Shown here piece after piece: positions 35,534-44,883 of a DNA stretch of 64,000 nt (position 1 is the stretch's first letter; the number at the start of each line of letters is the position of its first letter). The stretch is from Saprospiraceae bacterium (lineage in GTDB: Bacteria; Bacteroidota; Bacteroidia; Chitinophagales; Saprospiraceae). The stretch is from contig JAYWHK010000212.1 of NCBI GenBank assembly GCA_043777755.1, positions 8,263 to 72,262 on the forward strand, read 5' to 3'. The notes beneath the pieces were generated by a model. The model saw only the letters and a list, made by a program, of their open reading frames with translations, had not been told where the DNA came from and did no database searches. The translations under genes and the position numbers were made by a program.

Positions 35534-38500
35534 ATGAAAATTAAATTTTTACAAGCAACAACATTATTTATTGGATTGTTCTTTTGTTCTTTTAACATTG
35601 CTTTTTCACAAGACACTAAAAGTGTCAAAGGTGTAATTAAAGACAAAGCAAGCGAAGGAATTCCTTACGCCAACATTCAAATCAAAGGAAGTCTTGCTGG
35701 TGCAGTAGCGGACGTTGATGGTAATTTTAGCATCAACTTGCCAAACCTCAATACGACTTTGGTTTTTTCCTCTTTGGGCTACCAAACAAAAGAAATTGAA
35801 GTAAAAAATACTTCTTTCTTAGACGTTAAACTCGAAGATCAGTATAGCGAACTCAACGAAACTGTTGTTGTTGGCTATGGAACACTTCAAAAAAGTGTTA
35901 TCACTGGTGCAATTTCTTCTGTCAAAAACAAAGATTTTCGTGACCAACCCGTAACTGCGGTAGGCAATGCTATTCAAGGAAAATTGGCTGGTGTGAATGT
36001 TGTAAGTCCTTCGGGTACGCCAGGAGCAGGTCTATTGTTCAACATTCGTGGTTCATTTAGTCCTTTGTATGTCGTAGATGGGATTCCTTTAATCAGCGAA
36101 AACAATTCAAGTCTTGAAAGTTCTTATGATTTGAGTGGGGCAGCTGTTGGAAAAGGGCAATCTGTTTCTTCTATTTCTGACATCAATCCAAACGATATTG
36201 AAAGCATTGAAGTGTTAAAAGATGCTTCGGCAGCAGCGATTTATGGCGCACGTGCGGCTAATGGCGTTGTTTTGATTACGACCAAAAGAGGAAATTCCGA
36301 GCGTACTGAATTTGGTATCAATCAATATACAGGCATACAGGAACGCACCCGAACCATTGATTTCATGTCAGCATCTGAAATGAAAGACCTTTTAAAAGAT
36401 GGTTTGAACCAAGATCGTTTGATTTATGAAAAAGATAAAACCGCTTTTGACGATATTGATGGTTTTAATCCAGCTATTTTTAGTACCAATTTGAATGATA
36501 GTATTTACAACAACGATGTAAATACCGTTTGGCTTGATGAAGTACTTCAACGTGCGCCTATCAACAATACTGAAATCTATGCACGTGGTGGTAACGCACG
36601 TACTCGTTTTCACATCAGTGGAAATTATTTTAACCAACAAGGAATCGTGACCAATTCTGGTTTTAAGCGTTTGAGTACTCGATTCAATTTTGACCATAAA
36701 GTGAATGAGCATTTTTCCCTTGGAAATACATTGATGCTCGCTCGTAGTGTCAATAAGCGTAGTTTTAATGACAATACATATTCTGGAATTATTACCAACG
36801 CAATTGGTGCATCTCCTTGGATGCCAGCTTATTTGGAAGATGGCTCTTATGCAGAATACGATGATTATCAAGCAACTTGGTTGTCGGATAATCCTGTAAA
36901 AACCATCAATGAAGTAAGTGCAATTTCAACAACAAATAGAGTTTTAGGTTCTATTTTTGGAGAATATAAGTTCAATAAAGACCTTCGTTTCAAAACATCT
37001 TGGTCAATAGATTATACTGATTTGACGGACAACCAATATTTTTCTCCTTTGACTTATGATGCAATTGAAGTGCGTGGCCGTGCTTTGTACAACAGTTATA
37101 AAGGTTTGAATTGGTTGAGCGAAAATATTTTGGCGTACCACAAAACCTTTGGCGAAGAACACACTTTTGACTTGGTGGCAGGAACAAGCGTACAAGAAGC
37201 ACAATCTCGTCGCCTTGGTTTTAAAGGAGAACAATTCACCAATATTGCAAATCTGAGTGAAATTAGCAATGCTGGACAAATCACTAAAAGACCAGCATCA
37301 AGTGGTGCATTGGGTTTGGTATCTTACTTTGGACGTTTGAATTATGATTTTAAAAATAAATTGATTTGGTCAGGAAGTTTCCGTGTAGATGGTTCTTCTC
37401 GTTTTGCAGAAGGCAATCGCTATGCTTCTTTTGGCTCTACTTCTTTTGGCTACCGCATCATTAGTAGCGACGACGTTACAAGCCAAAAACTAATCACAGA
37501 CCTCAAAGCTCGTGTGAGTTTCGGAACAACTGGCGACCAAGAAATCGGTGATTTTAGTCAAAAAAATGGCTACGCAAGTGGAACTTACAACGGCAACGCT
37601 TCGCTTATTCCTTTCAATTTGGCAAATCCTGATTTGACTTGGCAAAAAAATACGATTCTCAATGCAGGTCTTGATTTTGAACTAAAAAAAGGTAGAATCG
37701 TAGGGGCAATTGAAGCATTTGTTTCTAACAAAAGAGGACTTTTATTCGCAAGCCGTGTGCCAGGAACAACAGGTTTTGGCAGTATTACAAGCAACGCTGG
37801 TACAATTCAAAGCAAAGGCGTAGAATTAACTTTGAATGCAACCTTGATTAATCGTGGTCGTTTCCGTTGGACAGTTGGCTCAAACGCTTCTTTTATCCAA
37901 AATAAATATACAGAATTGGCAGAAGACAATCAAATTGTTTCGGCTTATTCGGATATTGCACCAACGCACATCATTCAAGTTGGACAACCTGTTGGAACAT
38001 TTTGGGGCTTAAAATTTGATGGCGTTGATCCAGAAACAGGTGACGCAACTTTTATAGATAATAATGACGATGGTGTGATTGACAACAATGATGCACAAGT
38101 TATTGGTCGTGCATTTCCAAAAGCTTTTGGAGGTTTTAACACCAATGTGACTTATAAGCGTTTTGATTTTGCAATGGCAGCTCAATTCAGTATCGGAAAT
38201 CAAGTATATAATTTGATTCGTCCAACGTATGAAAACTTAGGTTGGATAGATGGCGGTTGGGACGAAAATTACAGCATCACAAATTTTTACGCCAACAATA
38301 GCAAAAACGTATTGAACCGTTGGAAAAAACCTGGCGACGTTACAGATGTTCCTCGTGCTTCTGTGCTGACTCAAAATTATGCTGAGGCTTCGTCCATGTA
38401 TGTTGAAGATGCTTCTTTTTTACGCATTAGAACCATGAATGTTGGTTATAATTTCAAGCATGTAAAAGGCTTTTTTGAAACAGCTCGTTTGTATTTCCAA

Positions 38501-38656
38501 GTTCAAAACCCATTTGTTTTCACAAAATACTCAGGGTTTGACCCAGAAGTAAGTTCTACGGGTGGTGATCGTGGCGCAGAGCAGACCGCAGGTGTTGATT
38601 ATGCGGCTTATCCACAAGCCAGAACATATACACTTGGTGCAAACGTAACATTTTAA
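35534..38656 (+). CDS. SusC/RagA-family TonB-linked outer membrane protein
   Basis: 1040 aa. N-terminal carboxypeptidase-regulatory-like domain (VKGVIKD...GIPYANIQI), plug (VVVGYGTLQK), and a C-terminal ...YTLGANVTF. Confidence 0.93.
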   Translation: MKIKFLQATTLFIGLFFCSFNIAFSQDTKSVKGVIKDKASEGIPYANIQIKGSLAGAVADVDGNFSINLPNLNTTLVFSSLGYQTKEIEVKNTSFLDVKLEDQYSELNETVVVGYGTLQKSVITGAISSVKNKDFRDQPVTAVGNAIQGKLAGVNVVSPSGTPGAGLLFNIRGSFSPLYVVDGIPLISENNSSLESSYDLSGAAVGKGQSVSSISDINPNDIESIEVLKDASAAAIYGARAANGVVLITTKRGNSERTEFGINQYTGIQERTRTIDFMSASEMKDLLKDGLNQDRLIYEKDKTAFDDIDGFNPAIFSTNLNDSIYNNDVNTVWLDEVLQRAPINNTEIYARGGNARTRFHISGNYFNQQGIVTNSGFKRLSTRFNFDHKVNEHFSLGNTLMLARSVNKRSFNDNTYSGIITNAIGASPWMPAYLEDGSYAEYDDYQATWLSDNPVKTINEVSAISTTNRVLGSIFGEYKFNKDLRFKTSWSIDYTDLTDNQYFSPLTYDAIEVRGRALYNSYKGLNWLSENILAYHKTFGEEHTFDLVAGTSVQEAQSRRLGFKGEQFTNIANLSEISNAGQITKRPASSGALGLVSYFGRLNYDFKNKLIWSGSFRVDGSSRFAEGNRYASFGSTSFGYRIISSDDVTSQKLITDLKARVSFGTTGDQEIGDFSQKNGYASGTYNGNASLIPFNLANPDLTWQKNTILNAGLDFELKKGRIVGAIEAFVSNKRGLLFASRVPGTTGFGSITSNAGTIQSKGVELTLNATLINRGRFRWTVGSNASFIQNKYTELAEDNQIVSAYSDIAPTHIIQVGQPVGTFWGLKFDGVDPETGDATFIDNNDDGVIDNNDAQVIGRAFPKAFGGFNTNVTYKRFDFAMAAQFSIGNQVYNLIRPTYENLGWIDGGWDENYSITNFYANNSKNVLNRWKKPGDVTDVPRASVLTQNYAEASSMYVEDASFLRIRTMNVGYNFKHVKGFFETARLYFQVQNPFVFTKYSGFDPEVSSTGGDRGAEQTAGVDYAAYPQARTYTLGANVTF

Positions 38657-38678
38657 TTTTTTGTAAAAATATTTAACA

Positions 38679-40058
38679 ATGAAAAAAATAAATTTATATC
38701 TATATATTATAATATGCAGTATTGGTTTTGGAGCGTGTGGCGTTTTGGAACAAAATTCACCTGACATTGTCAGTACTGAAACTGTATTTGAGTCAGCAGA
38801 CGGATTTCGTGCAGCCCGTTTGGGTATGTACTCCTTGATGGGCAACGAAAATTATTACGGTGGTTTTTATCCTTTGGCATTAGACGCTCATTCTGACAAC
38901 GCCACAACTGGCGGCTATGACGTTGAATCATTAAATGAAATTGGCGAAAAACGCTTGACAGCTTCCAATCTTTTTGTGGAAAGAATGTGGATTTCGTTGT
39001 ACGCAACGGCAAACGCTGCGAATCAAATTTTAGAAAATATTGACAAACTCAAAGCTGAGGATTTTGATAAAAATGAAAAAAACAACATCAAAGGAGAAGC
39101 TTTGTTTGTTCGTGCTTTGGTTCATTTTGATGCCTTGAAAATGTTTGGTGAACACTGGAATCAAGATTCAGAGTACGGTATTCCTTTGGCAATAAAAGTG
39201 CAAAGACCAAGCGATATTTTAGCTCGATCTTCTGTAAAAAATACTTATGGTCAAATCGCTGATGATTTGCGAAATGCAGAAATGTTGGTCGGCAACGATG
39301 ACGATAAAGGCAAAATATTTATTACAAAAAATGCTGTACAAGCACTTTTTGCAAGGGTTTGTATTTTTGCAAAAGACTATAAAAATGCTACATTTTATGC
39401 CAATGAAGTTGTTAAAACAGGTTCTTATAGCTTATACGATAGTGCTGATTTTTCAAAATTATACAGTGCAAGACAATCGCAAGAATCTATTTTTGAGCTA
39501 AAATTCGATGTTCAGAATCGTAGTGCTTACAATGCTTTGACTTACAAAAGAGCTGATGCGACACGACCAGAACTTAGTTTTTTCCCTTCTGCCGATTTGG
39601 ACACATTTTTTCAAAAAAGAAAAGACGATGTTCGTGTGCAAACCGCAGATTTTGAAGGAAATGACGTAACGATTCAGCCCGATGGACGTACTCAAAAATA
39701 CCGTGGTGAAAACCTCCAAGACAATCCAGCTTATGTATTGCGTTATGCCGAAATGTTGTTAATTTTGGCGGAAGCAAAAGGTTATCCAACAGGTTTAGCG
39801 GACTTGAATATGCTTCGTGAAAAAAGAGGTTTGAGCGTTTTAACAAATACAGATGTCAAAAATGAAGCTGAATTTAAAATGGTTCTCGTGGACGAAAGAA
39901 GGGCAGAATTTAACATGGAAGGTAGCCGTTTCACGGATTTGGCTCGCCTTGGCTTGGTAGAAGATGTTTTAGGAAAAGGTGTAAAACCTGTTTTTCCAAT
40001 TCCTTTAAGAGAATTTTTAGCAACGAATGGAACATTGAAGCAATATCCTGGTTACTAA
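38679..40058 (+). CDS. RagB/SusD-family nutrient-binding lipoprotein
   Basis: Lipoprotein signal (...GFGAC), immediately downstream of SusC. ERRAEF and FPIP motifs near the C-terminus. Confidence 0.9.
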   Translation: MKKINLYLYIIICSIGFGACGVLEQNSPDIVSTETVFESADGFRAARLGMYSLMGNENYYGGFYPLALDAHSDNATTGGYDVESLNEIGEKRLTASNLFVERMWISLYATANAANQILENIDKLKAEDFDKNEKNNIKGEALFVRALVHFDALKMFGEHWNQDSEYGIPLAIKVQRPSDILARSSVKNTYGQIADDLRNAEMLVGNDDDKGKIFITKNAVQALFARVCIFAKDYKNATFYANEVVKTGSYSLYDSADFSKLYSARQSQESIFELKFDVQNRSAYNALTYKRADATRPELSFFPSADLDTFFQKRKDDVRVQTADFEGNDVTIQPDGRTQKYRGENLQDNPAYVLRYAEMLLILAEAKGYPTGLADLNMLREKRGLSVLTNTDVKNEAEFKMVLVDERRAEFNMEGSRFTDLARLGLVEDVLGKGVKPVFPIPLREFLATNGTLKQYPGY

Positions 40059-40082
40059 TATACAAGTCCGATGGACGCAAAA

Positions 40083-40117
40083 AAACACTTCTTGATAATC
40101 AAGAAGTGTTTTTTTAT
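40083..40117. terminator. Rho-independent terminator after the SusD-like gene
   Basis: acacttcttga-taa-tcaagaagtgt stem flanked by A- and T-runs. Confidence 0.7.
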
Positions 40118-40185
40118 TTTATGTAAAATACTGAAAATCAGTTATTTATTTTTTTATTTAAAAATATCTGATTATGTACTCAAAT

Positions 40186-40791
40186 TTAGTTCTCTTGTCT
40201 TTTTTTCATCTCGTCACGAATTTCGGCAGCACGCTCATAATTTTCATTTTGCAATGATTCATTTAAGAAATTTTGCAATTCGTCCATTGAATATTGACGA
40301 AGACCACCTTTGCCAGTTTCTTTGGCTGCGGCTGCACCACCTTTGCGACGACGGGCAGGAGCTGCGCCTTCTTCTGCGCCTTCGGTTTCGATACCTGCCG
40401 CTTCCAAAATAAATTCGTAAGTAAAAATCGGACAACCGTAACGAACCGCAATCGCAATCGCATCAGAAGTACGTGAATCAATTTCGTGTTCAATTCCCGT
40501 GCGCTCACAAATTAATTTTGCATAAAAAACACCATCTAAAAGATTGCTGATGACTACTTCTTTGACATCTACATCGAAAGTGTCCAAGGTATTTTTCATC
40601 AAATCGTGTGTTAGCGGACGTGCAGGTGACATACGCTCAATCGCAACAGCGATTGATTGGGCTTCATAACCGCCAATAACGACGGGCAAACGACGTGTTC
40701 CACCGCCACGTTCTTGAAGTATTACTGCATAATTATGCGATTGTGTCACACTATGCGAAAGGGCAATAATTTCTAATTCTATCTTATCCAT
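40186..40791 (-). CDS. Bifunctional nuclease (DUF151/BFN) with C-terminal UVR motif
   Basis: LPVVIGGYEAQSIAVA...RPLTHDL core, a low-complexity Gly/Ala/Arg linker, then ERAAEIRDEM UVR-like helix. The ATG at 40791 is preferred over the TTG at 40818. Confidence 0.8.
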   Translation of the reverse strand: MDKIELEIIALSHSVTQSHNYAVILQERGGGTRRLPVVIGGYEAQSIAVAIERMSPARPLTHDLMKNTLDTFDVDVKEVVISNLLDGVFYAKLICERTGIEHEIDSRTSDAIAIAVRYGCPIFTYEFILEAAGIETEGAEEGAAPARRRKGGAAAAKETGKGGLRQYSMDELQNFLNESLQNENYERAAEIRDEMKKRQEN

Positions 40792-40972
40792 TTGTAAAAT
40801 GAACTGTCTGTAGTTCAAAGGTGCAAAGATACAATTGGATTATCAAATATTAAAATCTTAGCTGGTTTTTGTTTATTTTTCATTCAAAGTAGTTGTTTTT
40901 CATACAATTATTAGAGCTTTTGAGAATAGAATGAAATTTTTTTTGGAATTGTCGGCATTTTTTGCATAGCTT

Positions 40973-40980
40973 TACCTTTG
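40973..40980 (+). promoter_or_regulatory. TAnnTTTG box (TAccTTTG)
   Basis: Lies 23 nt upstream of the ATG at 41003. Confidence 0.4.
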
Positions 40981-41002
40981 AAAAAGAACTATTGTAGTAT
41001 TT

Positions 41003-42001
41003 ATGAAAGCAATTATTCCAGTCGCTGGAGCAGGAACTCGTCTTCGTCCGCATACTTATACCCAACCTAAACCACTGATTCCTGTGGCAGGAAAAACCAT
41101 TATTGCCTTTAATATTGAGGCGTTACAGTTGGCTGGGATTCAGGATTTTGTCTTCATCATTGGTTATATGGGCGATAAAATCAAGGATTATGTCTTGTTG
41201 AATTATCCTGACATTAAGGCAACTTTTGTTGTACAAGAAGACCGTGACGGTTTGGGTCATGCGATTTGGACAGCAAGGGATTTTTTTTCAAAAGAAGAAG
41301 AAATTTTGATTGTTTTAGGCGACATTATTTTTGAAACAGATTTGCAAAAAGTAATTGCTAATCCGCACTCGTCGATAGGTGTACGCAAGGTCAATGATCC
41401 TCGGTCATTTGGTGTTGTTGAAATGTTGGAGGATTGTTCTTGGATAAAAAAAGTAGTTGAAAAGCCTCGTATTCCAAAATCAGACTTGGCAATTGTAGGC
41501 ATTTATAAAATCAAAGAAATTTCACAACTTATTGATTGTCTTTATTTTAACATCAAAAACGATGTTCGTTCAGTAAATGAGATTCAACTGACTGATGCGA
41601 TTCAAAAAATGCTTGAAGAAGGTTGCAAAATCAATACTTTTGCCGTTGATGTTTGGTTTGATTGTGGTAAAAAAGATATTTTACTGGAAACCAATCGTGT
41701 ACTTTTAGAGCGAAATGCCGCAGAATATGTCAATACGCCAAGTTTTGAAACAGCCATTATTGTACATCCTGTAAGCATCGGAAAAGGTTGTAAAATTACC
41801 AATTCTATCATTGGTCCTTATGTAACGATTGGTCAAAACTCCATGATTGATGCTTCTATTGTAAAAAATTCTATCATTGGCAGTTATTCGACTATCAATG
41901 AAGTGTCCTTACAAAACTCCGTTATTGGCAGCGATTCTTCCATAAAAGGGCCGTTTCAAAGTTTGAATATTGGCGACAATACGGAGATTGATTTGAGTTA
42001 G
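41003..42001 (+). CDS. Sugar-phosphate nucleotidyltransferase with left-handed beta-helix C-terminal domain
   Basis: MKAIIPVAGAGTRLRPHTYTQPKPLIPV signature. Hexapeptide-like repeats in the C-terminal 80 aa. Confidence 0.85.
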   Translation: MKAIIPVAGAGTRLRPHTYTQPKPLIPVAGKTIIAFNIEALQLAGIQDFVFIIGYMGDKIKDYVLLNYPDIKATFVVQEDRDGLGHAIWTARDFFSKEEEILIVLGDIIFETDLQKVIANPHSSIGVRKVNDPRSFGVVEMLEDCSWIKKVVEKPRIPKSDLAIVGIYKIKEISQLIDCLYFNIKNDVRSVNEIQLTDAIQKMLEEGCKINTFAVDVWFDCGKKDILLETNRVLLERNAAEYVNTPSFETAIIVHPVSIGKGCKITNSIIGPYVTIGQNSMIDASIVKNSIIGSYSTINEVSLQNSVIGSDSSIKGPFQSLNIGDNTEIDLS

Positions 42002-42786
42002 TCCATGCGTTTGTATTTTTTTGGAATGTCAAAACGGATAACTTTTGGCTTGTCAATCTCAATTTCGTTAAATTTTAATTCAGCAGACAATTCGGTGCTT
42101 TTGTTTTTAGCTTCCAAATTGCGTGTATAAGAAAACGGGCGTTGATTCAACAGCTTGTAATCGCTATAATTCATTTCCATCTGAGCGTTTTGCGTAGCAT
42201 CGTTGAACTCGGATTTTTTCAATTCATAATTTTTTTTATTCAAAAAATAAGTAGCGTCCAAGGTTTTGTACGATGAGGTCAATTGCGCCAAACTATCATT
42301 CATGTTCACTTCCAAGCCTTTTGCGTCCAAACTTATCGCATTTCCAATAATAAGGTGTTGAATCAGGTCGAAACGAGCTGGTAAATTGAAGCGTTCCGCC
42401 AGAACAGACAATGGTTTTGCATCGTATTCTTGCTGAAGTCTATTGATAAAAAAGAAAGAATCGGGCGTAATCAAAGCACGTCCGCCTTCAAAACCAAATT
42501 TTTTGACCACCAACAAAATCGCACTGTCTTTGCGAAATTGAACAACGGCATCAATGTTCACTTCCGAACCGTTCATTACGACATTAATATTGGCTTTTCC
42601 ATTAAAAAAATTAGGCATCCAGTAATTTTTTTCTACATTTTTCAAAAAAACCTTAGCAGGATCAGCACTTGGTCGGCTTGGTTCAGTGGTTTTGACTGTT
42701 TCGGTGTTTGCTGTTTTTTTTGTGCTACAAGCAAAAATGAAAATAAAAAAGAATAAAAATATGGCTGAAAAATATGTTTTGTGCAT
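41998..42786 (-). CDS. DUF4292 (LolA-like) lipoprotein
   Basis: Lipobox ...IFACS. FRKDSAILLVV...GFEGGRALITPDSFFFINR matches the recalled DUF4292 pattern. Confidence 0.72.
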   Translation of the reverse strand: MHKTYFSAIFLFFFIFIFACSTKKTANTETVKTTEPSRPSADPAKVFLKNVEKNYWMPNFFNGKANINVVMNGSEVNIDAVVQFRKDSAILLVVKKFGFEGGRALITPDSFFFINRLQQEYDAKPLSVLAERFNLPARFDLIQHLIIGNAISLDAKGLEVNMNDSLAQLTSSYKTLDATYFLNKKNYELKKSEFNDATQNAQMEMNYSDYKLLNQRPFSYTRNLEAKNKSTELSAELKFNEIEIDKPKVIRFDIPKKYKRMD

Positions 42787-42806
42787 TGTGTGTAAAGTTT
42801 AATGGG

Positions 42807-42900
42807 TGTATAACAAATTTTTATAGTTTAAAACTCATCAAGGGTTTAAAACCCTTGATGAGTTGAGATATTCAAAACTATTGTGTAAATTTGTTATGCA
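42807..42900. repeat. Nested palindrome (outer 14-nt arms, inner 16-bp perfect hairpin). Probable terminator.
   Basis: tgtataacaaattt / aaatttgttatgca enclose aactcatcaagggttt-a-aaacccttgatgagtt. Confidence 0.6.
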
Positions 42901-43006
42901 TCCAGTTTGATTTAGATGCTAAAACGTAAAAATGTAATTTTTGTTATAAAAATACTTACTGTGAAGTTTTTGTATATTTTTTACGTGTCGTAGGGTAGCA
43001 CGAACT

Positions 43007-44883
43007 TTAGTTCGTGCTACCCGCTATGCTACTTACGCTCGCACAACGAAACCACAAATCATCTAAGTGAATTGGATTTTCTGTTGTATTCCAAACATAG
43101 ACTTTGATATTTTCAGCGTTTTCAATTTGTTCATCAATTTTCATGAAAAAATAGGCTTTTGTCCAAATATTCGCTTCCCAACCCCAAATAGAAGGTTCGC
43201 CTCGATTGGATTTATTGTCTAATCGAATATTCGCAGACTTTAAAGATTTTCCATTTTTATCAAAATATGCTATGGTGAACATACTGTTTTTATAAAAATC
43301 ATTTCCCGAATGTTCTCTCATAAAATTGACTTCGGCTTTTATGTATTGATCTTTTTTTAGGTTAATTTCGCTAATTTTAGCATTGTATATTTGGCAAAAC
43401 TCTTTTTTGTTGTCCAAACGAAAGCAAAATTTACTATTTGGATTTTTTCTTACAAAATTTTGGCTCAATGAATCTTCAAAATTTTCTTTTACTAAAATCT
43501 TAGTAATTTTAAGGTCATTGGTATCTGGTTGCCATTCTTCTGTGTCAAACATTGTCACGCTTCGCCAATCTGCTTTTGTTTTGCCTACCATATACCAATA
43601 AAAATTTTTATTTGTATTTTCTGTCCAAACCAATCCTTCTGAAAATTGCCAAACCAATGATGTGAAAAGATAGATTGCAAAGATTCCAATTCCTAAAAAC
43701 AATGCTTTTAATACTTTCTTACTTTCCAACCAAGTCCAAAATGAAGCCATACCAAATGCTAACAAAGGGTAGGTTTCTACCATTGGGCGAGAGCCAATTC
43801 CATTGATGTAATTCCAACACCACCAGCTGTAAATAATGTAAATGTGCAAAGGCAAGAAAACCAATATTGCTATTTTCCATTTAAATTGTTTTTTCAACAA
43901 GAACAAACCAATCAACGCCAACGCCATTATTGGTGAATATGCCAACCAACCATTTTGATAAGAAAAGATACCATCAATAATTCGTGGATTTTTAAAATCA
44001 AAACTTTCTTTTTCATAACTGTAGTATAAAAACTGATTGGTCACAGCCTTCCAATACAACATTTGAGGAACACCAGCAAGTATGAAAGCTAAAATAGAGA
44101 ACATAATTTTCCCATAATGCTGCTTCCATACATTAAAGTTTGATTTTAAACTTTCCCAATTGTGAACGCCATAAAGTAGAGGAATCGCTAAACTGATAAT
44201 TTCTGTTGGTCGTATGGCTGTGATTCCTCCTGCGCACAAGCCAATAAGTAGGGCACTTTTTAGATTTGGCGAATCGTAAAAACATATCGTAGAAAATATC
44301 AACTGGGCATATAAGAAGAACAAAAAACTATGCGCCATTCCACTTTCATAAGCACTAAAATAGTAAAGATTCGTTGCCAACGAAAGTAAAACCAAGGTAA
44401 TGGCAACTGCACTGTCAGAAAAATACAAAGCAATGTTTTTCTAATCAGCCATAAGCCCCAAAACACATAAAACAAACCTGCAAACAGATAAGCGTTTGTA
44501 TATATTTTAGAAAAACCATTTTGTTCAAAACCCAATATTGGTGCTGCAATATGCGCTACTATGTAAAAAGGCGCAGCTAAAACAGCAACACCACAGGTAT
44601 ATTTGTCCAACACATGATTGTCTGGCAGCGGCTGTTCATTACCGAATAATTTTTTACCTTTCGGAGGAATTGCTCGTCCAATTTGGACTTCTTTTGCTGC
44701 AAAACTTTTTTCAAAAGTCATCAAATCGCCATGTACAATAATAGCGGGAAGATAAATATAATAGCCAAGTGCATCGCCTACACCGTCCAATATGCGTTTT
44801 TCATTGCCTTGATAATAGCAAAATGAAGCAAATAAAATAGTAATTATGGCAAAATATGAATAAAAAGACTGTTTATTTTTCAT
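43007..44883 (-). pseudogene. GT-C fold (ArnT/PMT-like) membrane glycosyltransferase paralog, frameshifted
   Basis: Two overlapping ORFs together are collinear with the intact upstream paralog. The frame switches near 44420-44435 (...WLIRKTLL / YFSDSAVAITL against the paralog's ...WFARKILLRYFDDVSTGVAL). Confidence 0.65.

Noticed and set aside
40071-40412. 113-aa + strand ORF downstream of SusD
   Set aside because: It begins inside the SusD terminator and is antisense to the bifunctional nuclease gene, which has clear family motifs.
44420-44435. Programmed ribosomal frameshift joining the two GT-C ORFs
   Set aside because: I could not recognise a canonical slippery heptamer or downstream structure. 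The intact paralog next door needs no frameshift.
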